A stretch of DNA of 64,000 bases from an uncultured virus (IMG/VR IMGVR_UViG_3300023184_000108) (lineage: Duplodnaviria; Heunggongvirae; Uroviricota; Caudoviricetes). The stretch lies in IMG/VR virus record IMGVR_UViG_3300023184_000108. The stretch is one strand, 5' to 3'. Position numbers and translations under genes: made by a program. Below the pieces are notes generated by a model, which ran no database searches, was not told where the DNA came from, and saw only the letters and a list, made by a program, of their open reading frames with translations. Position 1 is the stretch's first letter, and every line of letters starts with the position of its first letter. Positions 1 to 8,957 of the stretch are shown here, in pieces.

Positions 1-3
1 CCG

Positions 4-201
4 GTGGGGGAAGACGTAATGGGCTGGGTAGCTGCTTTGATTTTGGTAGGTTTCCTGTTACCTCTTTTAGGTATGCTGTATCTGGATATTTTGGAAGCCA
101 AGCACGAAGTCAAGGCGCAGGTGGAAAAGGTAGAGAAACTCAGGCGAGAGCTTGAACGAAAGGAAAGAGATGATTCCAATAATCGCAACCCTCCTCGGTA
201 G
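4..201 (+). CDS. Small membrane protein with coiled-coil tail (lysis-region hypothetical; start uncertain)
   Basis: One hydrophobic segment (WVAALILVGFLLPLLGMLYL) followed by a charged heptad-like tail; directly upstream of holin/endolysin. Confidence 0.5.
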   Translation: MGEDVMGWVAALILVGFLLPLLGMLYLDILEAKHEVKAQVEKVEKLRRELERKERDDSNNRNPPR

Positions 202-679
202 CCTTGCCCAAAACGGGTTAGGGTTACTATCTAGCGCCATTCAAGCCAAAGGCAAAGAGGTGGTTGAGAACACGCTTGGCGTGAAGATTCCTGACAACCC
301 CAGCGCAGAAGATGTTGCCAAGTTGCGGGAGTTGCAGTTTGCCCATGAGGAGAAGCTCCTAGAGTTGGGTATTGAGAAAGCCAAGATGGAATTGGCTGAA
401 ATGGATTTGTTGGCAAAAGCCGCCCAAAACGATGCCGACAACATCACAGATCGCTGGCAGGCGGATATGGCATCTGACTCTTGGCTATCTAAAAACATAC
501 GCCCTCTGAGCCTCATAGCCATCTTTGCGGGATATTTTTTGTTTGCCATGATGTCGGCATTTAATTACAACGCTAATGAGTCATATGTCACCTTGCTTGG
601 CAACTGGGGAATGCTTATCATGGGCGCATACTTTGGTGGACGCACAGTTGAGAAACTGGCAGAAATGAGGAAGAAATGA
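170..679 (+). CDS. Putative holin (3TM gene-transfer-release holin-like)
   Basis: D..SDSWLSKNIRP motif, two C-terminal TM segments ending YFGGRTVEK; overlaps endolysin start; ATG at 170 preferred over ORF-track start 152. Confidence 0.75.
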   Translation: MIPIIATLLGSLAQNGLGLLSSAIQAKGKEVVENTLGVKIPDNPSAEDVAKLRELQFAHEEKLLELGIEKAKMELAEMDLLAKAAQNDADNITDRWQADMASDSWLSKNIRPLSLIAIFAGYFLFAMMSAFNYNANESYVTLLGNWGMLIMGAYFGGRTVEKLAEMRKK

Positions 680-1017
680 GTTTAAACACAGAACAAGCCG
701 CATTTCTGCTGGACATGTGTAAACTGATCCAGTACGCCACAGAACAGGGTTTTGTTGTTACCGGCGGGGAACTTGCCCGTACACCTGAACAGCAAGCAAT
801 ATATTTCAAGACAGGTCGCTCCAAGACCATGAATTCTATACACCTCAAGCGTTGCGCTATAGACTTGAACTTCTTTAAGGATGGGAAGATAATCTGGGAT
901 AAGGCAACCATTGCGCCGCTGGGAGCATATTGGGAGTCGTTGAACGTCAAAAATCGCTGGGGTGGAAACTTCTCCAATTTGGTGGACTGCCCTCATTTTG
1001 AGCGCAACGTGGGTTAA
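676..1017 (+). CDS. Endolysin, M15-family Zn peptidase
   Basis: SxHxxxxAxD (SIHLKRCAID), RWGGNF and DxPHFE motifs. Confidence 0.85.
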   Translation: MSLNTEQAAFLLDMCKLIQYATEQGFVVTGGELARTPEQQAIYFKTGRSKTMNSIHLKRCAIDLNFFKDGKIIWDKATIAPLGAYWESLNVKNRWGGNFSNLVDCPHFERNVG

Positions 1018-1019
1018 AA

Positions 1020-3398
1020 ATGCCATTACAAAAAGTACTTCTCAAGCCCGGTGTAAACAAGGAAAACACTCGTTATACCAATGAGGGTGGGTGGTATGAC
1101 TGTGACAAAATTCGTTTCCGCCAAGGCACGCCTGAGAAGATTGGTGGATGGCAGCAGATTTCTGGTTATACCTACGAAGGCACTTGCCGTTCTTTATGGT
1201 CATGGGCATCGCTGAGCGGTATTGTTTATATTGGCGTTGGCACATACAAAAAGTTTTATATTGAGCTGGGCGGTTCATACAACAACATCACCCCTATCCG
1301 GACTGCAAAAATAGGATTAAGCGGCCCGTTTGCCGCAACTTATAACTCGACTACTGTAACCGTCACTTCAGCCGCGCATGGATGTACCACTGGGGACTAC
1401 GTTAATTTTCTTGGCGCAGTTGCTCTGAGCAATCAGACTTTTACACGGTCTACTGCGACAAACTTTGTTTTATCCACTGCTCTAGCTGCCAACACGCCAA
1501 TCAAAATGTACACATCAACAGGAGGCGCTTTGCCAACTGGCTTGATTGAGGGCGTCGAATATTATGTAAAAGTTGTATCCGGCACAACTATTCAATTTGC
1601 TACAGTAGTTAGCGGCCCGGCAATAAGTACTTCTACCGCTGGTTCAGGTACGTTTTATTTGTATGTAAACACCGGATTAACAGCAGATGTATTGAATCAA
1701 AGTTTTGCTGTTACGGTAACTGGGGTAAACACATTTACTATTACCACGCCAGTGGCGGCTGGAATATACGACACAGGTAGTGGCGGCACTGTAAACGCTT
1801 ATTATGAAATACCCGTCGGTCTTGATACTACGCAAGCAATCAGTGGATGGGGCGCAGGATCATGGGGTTCTGGTTCTTGGGGAATAGGAACATCAAGTAA
1901 TGCCATAGCAAGAATTTGGTATCAAAATAACTTTGGTCAAAACTTAGTGTATGGCTACCGTGGTGGCGTTATGTATTACTGGAACCAACTTTTTGGTGCG
2001 TCACCAAGTTCTTTCACAATTACGATTGCTGCTCCCGGCGTAGTTACATATACAGGATCAACTCTAATAAATGGAACGGCAATTATTTTATCCACAACTG
2101 GAACTTTGCCGACTGGTTTGACTTCAGGTACTGTCTACTATGTGGGCGGCGTTTCAGGTTCCACATTTAAACTCGCAACGACCTATGCAAACGCGTTGGC
2201 AGGTACTTATATAACCACCACAGGAACTCAGACTGGTACACATTATGTGATGTCGAATGGTATTCCTGTTACATCTTTAGGCGGAGCATCGGATGTGCCT
2301 GCCTATGTAAATTTTGCTATGGTGTCAGATGCCAGCAGATTCACGATTGCGTTTGGTTGTTCAGCCTATGGAGCTACGGATACACAAATAGACCCCATGC
2401 TGATTCGCTGGACAGATCAGGAATCTGTGGTTAATTGGACTCCTGCGGTAACTAATCAAGCGGGTTATGTCAGGTTGTCTCATGGTTCTCAAATCTTGAC
2501 GGCTGTGCAAACGCGCCAAGAGATTGTTGTTTTTACAGATACATCACTTTATTCACTTCAGTACCTTGGCCCACCCTATGTCTGGGGTACTCAGCTTCTT
2601 GGAGATAACGTATCTATTGCGGGATATAACACTGCCATCATTGCGTCTGGTATTGTTTACTGGATGGGCGTAGACAAATTTTATAAATATGATGGTCGAG
2701 TTTCCACGCTACGTTGTGACTTGCGCCAGTTCATTTATAGCGATATCAACCTTGACCAACAAGCGCAGTTCTTTGCCGGAACAAACGAAGGTTTCAATGA
2801 AGTCTGGTGGTTCTATTGCACATCAGGATCTACGGTCATCGACCGCTATGTTGTGTACAACTATTTTGAAGATGTGTGGTACTACGGTTCTATGGCTAGG
2901 ACTGCATGGTTGGATTCTGGCCTGACTAATTACCCGCTTGCTGCCACGTACAGCTACAACTTGGTCTACCATGAGTATGGTATTGACGACAACACCACCA
3001 GCACCACTTTGCCGATTGAAGCGTATATCACCTCATCGCAGTACGACATTGGGGATGGACACAACTTTGGGTTTGTCTGGCGTATCGTGCCTGACCTTAC
3101 CTTCCGTGGATCGTCTACTACAGGGACTACTCCGCAAGTCACAATGTACTTACTGCCGCTTCAGAACTCAGGTTCTGGGTACAACGATCCAGTTGAATCA
3201 GGTAATCAGTCTGTTGGCGGTGTTAGCTACGCTAACGTAGACCGTGTCGGTACATACACAGTGGATCAATTTACTGGACAGATTTACACGCGGGTGCGCG
3301 GTCGCCAGATGGCTTTGAAGATTTCATCCAACCAGATTGGCACGATGTGGCAGCTTGGCGCTCCCCGCATTGACATCAGACCGGACGGAAGACGCTGA
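1020..3398 (+). CDS. Virion structural protein, tail stabilisation / tail tubular B-like, with inserted beta-rich domains
   Basis: Beta-propeller-like repeats (IRWTDQE, VYWMG..FYKYDG, EVWWFY), position before ejection genes; Thr/Gly-rich inserts. Confidence 0.7.
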   Translation: MPLQKVLLKPGVNKENTRYTNEGGWYDCDKIRFRQGTPEKIGGWQQISGYTYEGTCRSLWSWASLSGIVYIGVGTYKKFYIELGGSYNNITPIRTAKIGLSGPFAATYNSTTVTVTSAAHGCTTGDYVNFLGAVALSNQTFTRSTATNFVLSTALAANTPIKMYTSTGGALPTGLIEGVEYYVKVVSGTTIQFATVVSGPAISTSTAGSGTFYLYVNTGLTADVLNQSFAVTVTGVNTFTITTPVAAGIYDTGSGGTVNAYYEIPVGLDTTQAISGWGAGSWGSGSWGIGTSSNAIARIWYQNNFGQNLVYGYRGGVMYYWNQLFGASPSSFTITIAAPGVVTYTGSTLINGTAIILSTTGTLPTGLTSGTVYYVGGVSGSTFKLATTYANALAGTYITTTGTQTGTHYVMSNGIPVTSLGGASDVPAYVNFAMVSDASRFTIAFGCSAYGATDTQIDPMLIRWTDQESVVNWTPAVTNQAGYVRLSHGSQILTAVQTRQEIVVFTDTSLYSLQYLGPPYVWGTQLLGDNVSIAGYNTAIIASGIVYWMGVDKFYKYDGRVSTLRCDLRQFIYSDINLDQQAQFFAGTNEGFNEVWWFYCTSGSTVIDRYVVYNYFEDVWYYGSMARTAWLDSGLTNYPLAATYSYNLVYHEYGIDDNTTSTTLPIEAYITSSQYDIGDGHNFGFVWRIVPDLTFRGSSTTGTTPQVTMYLLPLQNSGSGYNDPVESGNQSVGGVSYANVDRVGTYTVDQFTGQIYTRVRGRQMALKISSNQIGTMWQLGAPRIDIRPDGRR

Positions 3399-4276
3399 TG
3401 GCTACCTTTGATTCAAAAACGCTTGACTTCCGCAATCCGACGTCACCTAATTTGCCGCTTGCTCCGCAAGAGTATGAGCGTCAGTTCCAAGATCAGTTTG
3501 AAAACATTTTGCGCTTGTACTTCAATCAACTGGACAATGCGTTCGGTTCTTTACTCGGGCCTGCTGGTGGTAAATATTTGAAGTTTCCGTACGGTTCATT
3601 TCATCAAGATGGATACACAACTTTAACTAACGCTATACCAACTTCAGGATCAACTGCGACTATTGTTGTTGGTTCAACTGCTGGGTTTGAATCTGCCGGA
3701 ACTATAATTATTCAAAAAGAATTAATTAGTTATACAGGTAAAACTGCCACCACATTTACGGGTATTACCAGATCGCAGTATGGCTCATCTGGAGCTTCAC
3801 ATGCCGCAGGTGTTTATGTAACAGAAGCTCAGGCAGTGCCTTCCGCAACTACGGCTTTAGCTATTCCATACGATACGACAGATTATAATAATCAAATATC
3901 TTTAGATGCCACAGATAGTAGTAAAGTTGTTTTTGCTGTTTCTGGGTTTTACAACATCCAGTTTAGTATTCAGCTTTTAAATGGTAAGAGTTCAATAGAT
4001 AACGTAACTCTTTGGTTTAGACAAAATGGTGTTGACATTCCAAATACGGCTGGAATTGCAACCGTTCCTCTTGGCCCCGGCACTGCTCTAGGCGCTACTA
4101 TCGTAGCTTGGAATTTAGTTATACCTATAACCGCTGGTGATTATATTCAGTTAATGATGGCTTCAGATTCTGGAGACACAGTAGCTGGTACTTATCCGCC
4201 CGGAACAGCACCCGTGCACCCAGTATCACCCTCTGTTATTTTGACCGCAACATTTGTCTCAAGGCTTCCAACATGA
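3398..4276 (+). CDS. Virion structural protein
   Basis: PNLPLAP.EY..ILRLYFNQLDN N-terminus, C1q/BclA-like beta C-terminus (GFYNIQFSIQL); coupled to upstream gene. Confidence 0.6.
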   Translation: MATFDSKTLDFRNPTSPNLPLAPQEYERQFQDQFENILRLYFNQLDNAFGSLLGPAGGKYLKFPYGSFHQDGYTTLTNAIPTSGSTATIVVGSTAGFESAGTIIIQKELISYTGKTATTFTGITRSQYGSSGASHAAGVYVTEAQAVPSATTALAIPYDTTDYNNQISLDATDSSKVVFAVSGFYNIQFSIQLLNGKSSIDNVTLWFRQNGVDIPNTAGIATVPLGPGTALGATIVAWNLVIPITAGDYIQLMMASDSGDTVAGTYPPGTAPVHPVSPSVILTATFVSRLPT

Positions 4277-4614
4277 ACAGTCTAAGTACAAACCCTAACT
4301 ATAGACAAATTGACCCTGAGTATGTCCAGTTTGATGAAGTGGATGATATTTGGATTCGGTCATATACAGTAGAAAAAGCGCAAACTATCCTGCCCCAGCA
4401 CTCCCATGCGCACGACCATGCAACGATTGTTTCACGTGGAACAGTAGAGGTTTGGCATAACGATGAGTTTATTGGACAATACACCGCACCGGCTGTAATC
4501 ACTGTCCCTGCTGAGAAGATGCACTGTTTCAAAACCCTGACAGATGACGTTGTGCTTTGTTGTTTACATAATTTGCGCGGGACTGACTTAGCGTCGCCCG
4601 AAATCAAGGAGTAA
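4273..4614 (+). CDS. Cupin-domain protein
   Basis: PQHSHAHDH..VSRG and VPAEKMHCF cupin motifs. Confidence 0.75.
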   Translation: MNSLSTNPNYRQIDPEYVQFDEVDDIWIRSYTVEKAQTILPQHSHAHDHATIVSRGTVEVWHNDEFIGQYTAPAVITVPAEKMHCFKTLTDDVVLCCLHNLRGTDLASPEIKE

Positions 4615-4618
4615 TACT

Positions 4619-6139
4619 ATGCCTTTTATTGTTGCATTTGAAGTTGCTGCCCCAGAGATGTTGGCGGCGGAAACTTTTGCCTTTGCGCCCGAAGCGCTTT
4701 ACGGAGGCATGGAATTTGGTACACCTGCTCTTTTTGAAGGCCTTGGCGCAGAAGCACTTGGTGCGGGGGCAGGTCTTTTTGGTGAGTTTGGTGGCTCGCT
4801 GGCTGGACAGGCTCTAGGCGGTGCGCCGTCTATTGGAGAAGCTGTTACTCAAGGAATTACTTCGGGTGGCGCTGGTGCTGGTGGTGCGGGTATCAATGAG
4901 GCTCTGGTTGCTCAACAACAAGCCAATGCTGCGCAGGTTGCTAATTCTGGATTCTCTCAAGCCGAACTTCAAGCTATGCAACGCGGTCAAGAAATAGCCC
5001 AAGCAAGTTCCGCCGCTCCTCCTCTTGAGCAAACCGCAGGGTACGGACTTAAAAGTAGCATGATGAATGCACCTGCTACTACAGGAGGCGCATATGAACT
5101 TACGGGGGCTGGCCCAAATATACCCAACCCAGCATATCAATTTTCATCTCCTGTTACTGAAAGTTTGAAAATGGGTAGTGGAGCTACGCCAGCAGGCGGA
5201 ATTGATATGGGTGGCGCTGGTGGAGTATCTGGTAGTTTTCCAAAACCTACGCCTTCTCCCTTTGATGCTTTATCGTCTGGGTTTCAAAAAGCAATTGACT
5301 ACGTCAAAGAAAACCCTTTTTCCGCTGCCTCGATGGGCTATTCAGCCATGAAGCTGCTTGGTGACAATAAAAAACAAGAAGCCCAAAGCAGCGAATACAA
5401 TGGCCCACTATCTAGATACAAGATGTCCCCTAACTTCCAAGGGCGGCAGGCTAACCCACAAGATTTTCAATACACACCCCAGCAATATAACTACGCTGAA
5501 GGCGGCATTGCTTCATTCAGAGCGGGTGGTGACCCCAGTAATGCTGCGTTAGATTATTACAAGTCTATGCAACGTCAACAAGCAAACCCTCCATCCGGTA
5601 AAGGAGATCCCGGCGCTCATTACGCTGGAGATGTTTTTTATGACCAAGACCCAGATACCAAATATCTTGATCCAGTGAGTGCGGCGCAAGTGCGTATGGC
5701 GAAGATCAATAAGCGTTCCAACGTCCAAGTACCCAACATGAAACGTCCTACTCCAATGGGGCAGTTAAACCTTACACCACCCGGTATCAAAGCAGGGGCA
5801 GCTGCGTCTTCTCTTGACCCAGAGACTATGGCAGCACAAGGCGGGATCATGCACTCTAGCCTTGGCGGTTACGCCGCTGGTGGTAACCCTAGACTGCTCA
5901 AAGGCCCGGGCGATGGCATGTCAGATAACATCCCCGCTACGATTGCAGGCAAACAACCAGCTAGGCTGGCTGATGGTGAATTTGTGATTCCTGCCGATGT
6001 GGTGTCTCATCTTGGTAATGGGTCAACCGATGCGGGCGCAAAGATATTACATGAGATGATGAACAAAGTCCGCCAAGCTCGCACAGGAAACTCCAAGCAA
6101 GGTAAACAAATCAACGCCCATAAATTTGTACCAACATAA
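4619..6139 (+). CDS. Putative internal virion / ejection protein
   Basis: Gly/Ala-rich N-terminus, repeated xAxGG motifs, C-terminal GPGDGMSD.IPA..ARLADGEFVIPADVVS motif. Confidence 0.6.
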   Translation: MPFIVAFEVAAPEMLAAETFAFAPEALYGGMEFGTPALFEGLGAEALGAGAGLFGEFGGSLAGQALGGAPSIGEAVTQGITSGGAGAGGAGINEALVAQQQANAAQVANSGFSQAELQAMQRGQEIAQASSAAPPLEQTAGYGLKSSMMNAPATTGGAYELTGAGPNIPNPAYQFSSPVTESLKMGSGATPAGGIDMGGAGGVSGSFPKPTPSPFDALSSGFQKAIDYVKENPFSAASMGYSAMKLLGDNKKQEAQSSEYNGPLSRYKMSPNFQGRQANPQDFQYTPQQYNYAEGGIASFRAGGDPSNAALDYYKSMQRQQANPPSGKGDPGAHYAGDVFYDQDPDTKYLDPVSAAQVRMAKINKRSNVQVPNMKRPTPMGQLNLTPPGIKAGAAASSLDPETMAAQGGIMHSSLGGYAAGGNPRLLKGPGDGMSDNIPATIAGKQPARLADGEFVIPADVVSHLGNGSTDAGAKILHEMMNKVRQARTGNSKQGKQINAHKFVPT

Positions 6140-6546
6140 TGCCACTGTATCAAATCACACCCAATGAACTGCCACAAATATGGCCTGTTGCTGCGCCCCT
6201 GCTTCAAAAAGCTATTGACCTTGATCCCGATCTAAATAAAATTGAAATGATCGAATATTTGGTGCGTACAGGCCGTACATTCTTGTTGGTTTGGGAAGAG
6301 CCGGGTGAAGGCATTACTGGAGCTGCGGCAGTTGATATTATTGATATGCCACTTGAGCGTATTGCACACGGTAATTTGATGGGTGGTAAAGGCATAGTGC
6401 GCCCGCATGTGATTGAAGAGCTTTATAAATGGATGCGCCTGCATGGTGCAACAACAGCACAACTCTGGGCCAAAGGTACTTTGGTAAACATGTATGAGAA
6501 GTTGGGTCTTGAAGTTACCCACCAAGTGATGAGGATCAAATTATGA
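6139..6546 (+). CDS. Putative GNAT-like (acetyltransferase-fold) protein
   Basis: Size, alpha/beta pattern and MYEKLG motif; located among ejection genes. Confidence 0.5.
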   Translation: MPLYQITPNELPQIWPVAAPLLQKAIDLDPDLNKIEMIEYLVRTGRTFLLVWEEPGEGITGAAAVDIIDMPLERIAHGNLMGGKGIVRPHVIEELYKWMRLHGATTAQLWAKGTLVNMYEKLGLEVTHQVMRIKL

Positions 6547-8948
6547 ACTTACTGGACGCAAAAAGAAAATTGCTCCCCTTGAGTGGGTATATGGGTGGCG
6601 GCTCAGGTGGCGGCGGCGGCGGCACGCAGCAAAGTACTAACACAACATATCAGACAAATATCCCTGAGTACGCAAAGCCGTACGTCGAGACAATGCTTGG
6701 TGCGACCCAAAAGCAATTGTTCCAAGGAACTCCCACCGAGGGAGGAGGCTTCGATATAACTGGCTTCCAACCATACAGAGCCTATGGCGGTACGTACGAT
6801 GCGGCGGGCAATCAGACTTCCTATGACCCCGGTAAATCAATCGCTGGCTTTCAGCCAATGCAGCAACAGGCGATGTCCAACGCTGCGAATATGCAGTCTA
6901 ATCCTGAAACATTTATGCAGGGAATCGGTGGTTACATGTCACCGTTTGCTCAGTATGCGTTGCAACCACAACTTCAAGAAGCCGCGCGTCAGTCGGCAAT
7001 CCAAGGCACTCAACAACAAGCTCAAGCTACACAGGCTGGGGCTTTTGGCGGCGGTCGTGATGCGCTCATGCGCTCAGAACGTGAGCGTAACTTAGGTCAA
7101 AACCAAGCCAACATTATGGCAACGGGGATGCAAAACGCATTTAACCAAGCTCAACAACAATACAACACAGGGTTTCAACAGAACCTTGGTATCAACGCAT
7201 TGCAATCTCAGCTTGGTGGGCAGCAGCAGGCGCTTGAGCAGCAGAAGATTAACCAGTCTATGCAAGACTTTGCAAATGCACAGCAGTATCCGCTTATGCA
7301 GTTGGGCACAATGTCCAACATGTTGCGTGGCTTACCGATGCAGGCGTCTACAACCAACCAGTATGTGGCGGCTCCCAACTCAGTTACTCAAGCTATTGGT
7401 GCTGTGGGCGCGGGTACGTCTTTATACAACGCCATGAAAGGCGCAGAGGGCGGCTTGCCCAGTGAGTTTAAACAATCAGGCATCATGTCTTACGCTGAAG
7501 GTGGGCAGATTGATAGCAAGATGGACACAATCGCTAAGTTGGCTACCATTGCTAAAGATACTGGTAATTTACCAAGCCTGAGTTACAGCGTGGGTGGTGG
7601 CATCAAATCCAAGCTTTACGATATGGATCAAGAAGCCCTACAAGAAGAAATTAAAAACTCAGATAGCCCAGCTTTAAAGCGTATGGCTCAAGCAATTCTG
7701 GAAGAAAAGAAATCTGGCGCAGCTTTAGCAGGAGGGGGCATCATAGCGTTTAATGATGGTAAGTTAGTTCCGCCCCCAACATCTTCAGAACAGTTGCATC
7801 AACGTGTGATGCAAGCTAAGCCAACAGGAGACATAACAGCTGCTCCTATTCCAATGCAAACAGAAGCTCCTCCACCACGCGAGCAAGGTATTGCGCAGGC
7901 AACAGTACAACCACCGCCCGAGCCTCAAGTGGAAGATACGTTAAGTAACTTGCCTCCGTTCTATAAAGCGCTATACAACAAAGCCAATACAACTGCGGGT
8001 AAGACTAGACAAGAAATTGCAGCGGAACTTGAACAAGAGGCAGGCTCTAATGTAGGTGCGCAAGAACAACGCGCCAAACTTATGGCGGAACGTACTAATG
8101 CGGAAGATGAAGCCAAACGCCAACGCTATATGCGCTTAGCTGAGTTCTTTGGACGCTGGGGTTCTACTCCCGGCCCAACACTTGTTGCTGGTTTGAATGC
8201 AGTTAAAGAATCTGTACCTAACTTTATTGCAGATGAAAAGACCGCTAAAGATATTCGTATGAAGATTGACAATTCCATTGGTGAATTGGATCAAGCAACG
8301 CGTTTAGAGAAGAAAGGCTATACGGAAAAAGCCGAAGCAATTAAAGAAAAAGAAGCTGCCAACATGATGAAGGTACAAGAGTTCTTGGCACGGGCGCAAG
8401 AAGATAAAGTCAAAATTGATGCTGAGAACAAGAAACAAGCTGACTACCTCATCGGTCAAGCTGAAATTCATCGCCAAGATGCAGAAGCTCGTGCTCAATC
8501 TGATAAAGAAATTGAATTGATCCGCGCTAAATACCACAAAGAAGTTGAAAACATACGCGGCACTTTTGGTTTAAGTCAAGCCAGAATCTCTGCTGCGTCG
8601 CATGAAAAAGGTTATGCGATGCAAGAACGTGCGCGCAGCGAAGCTGATGTCGCTAGGTTGCTTGGAGAAGAACGTAAGGCGTTGGCTGATATTGATAAGG
8701 TCAAACGAGATACTGATGTTGGTATGAGTATGCGCATTCTTGAAATGGCTAAGGATCCTAAAAACAATATCTCTCCAGAACAAGTTGCTATAGCTAGGAA
8801 AATGGTCGATGAAAAACTTGGTGACGCACCAGCCCGTTTGGAAGGTATTCGTGTCGAAAGACAACGTATACAAGATAGACTTGCCGGTAAGAAACCTAAT
8901 GAATCTGGTGGTGACAGATCACAGCCGTTGAGCGCATTCGACCGATAA
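6543..8948 (+). CDS. Putative DNA ejection / pilot protein
   Basis: N-terminal Gly run, IPEYAKPY, Gln-rich region with AGAFGGGR, helical C-terminus. Confidence 0.6.
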   Translation: MNLLDAKRKLLPLSGYMGGGSGGGGGGTQQSTNTTYQTNIPEYAKPYVETMLGATQKQLFQGTPTEGGGFDITGFQPYRAYGGTYDAAGNQTSYDPGKSIAGFQPMQQQAMSNAANMQSNPETFMQGIGGYMSPFAQYALQPQLQEAARQSAIQGTQQQAQATQAGAFGGGRDALMRSERERNLGQNQANIMATGMQNAFNQAQQQYNTGFQQNLGINALQSQLGGQQQALEQQKINQSMQDFANAQQYPLMQLGTMSNMLRGLPMQASTTNQYVAAPNSVTQAIGAVGAGTSLYNAMKGAEGGLPSEFKQSGIMSYAEGGQIDSKMDTIAKLATIAKDTGNLPSLSYSVGGGIKSKLYDMDQEALQEEIKNSDSPALKRMAQAILEEKKSGAALAGGGIIAFNDGKLVPPPTSSEQLHQRVMQAKPTGDITAAPIPMQTEAPPPREQGIAQATVQPPPEPQVEDTLSNLPPFYKALYNKANTTAGKTRQEIAAELEQEAGSNVGAQEQRAKLMAERTNAEDEAKRQRYMRLAEFFGRWGSTPGPTLVAGLNAVKESVPNFIADEKTAKDIRMKIDNSIGELDQATRLEKKGYTEKAEAIKEKEAANMMKVQEFLARAQEDKVKIDAENKKQADYLIGQAEIHRQDAEARAQSDKEIELIRAKYHKEVENIRGTFGLSQARISAASHEKGYAMQERARSEADVARLLGEERKALADIDKVKRDTDVGMSMRILEMAKDPKNNISPEQVAIARKMVDEKLGDAPARLEGIRVERQRIQDRLAGKKPNESGGDRSQPLSAFDR

Positions 8949-8957
8949 GGAGTAGTC

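Noticed and set aside
4..1017. Rz/Rz1 spanin pair in the lysis cassette
   Set aside because: ORF 4-201 is TM plus coiled-coil, but no lipobox-containing partner was found; cannot be supported
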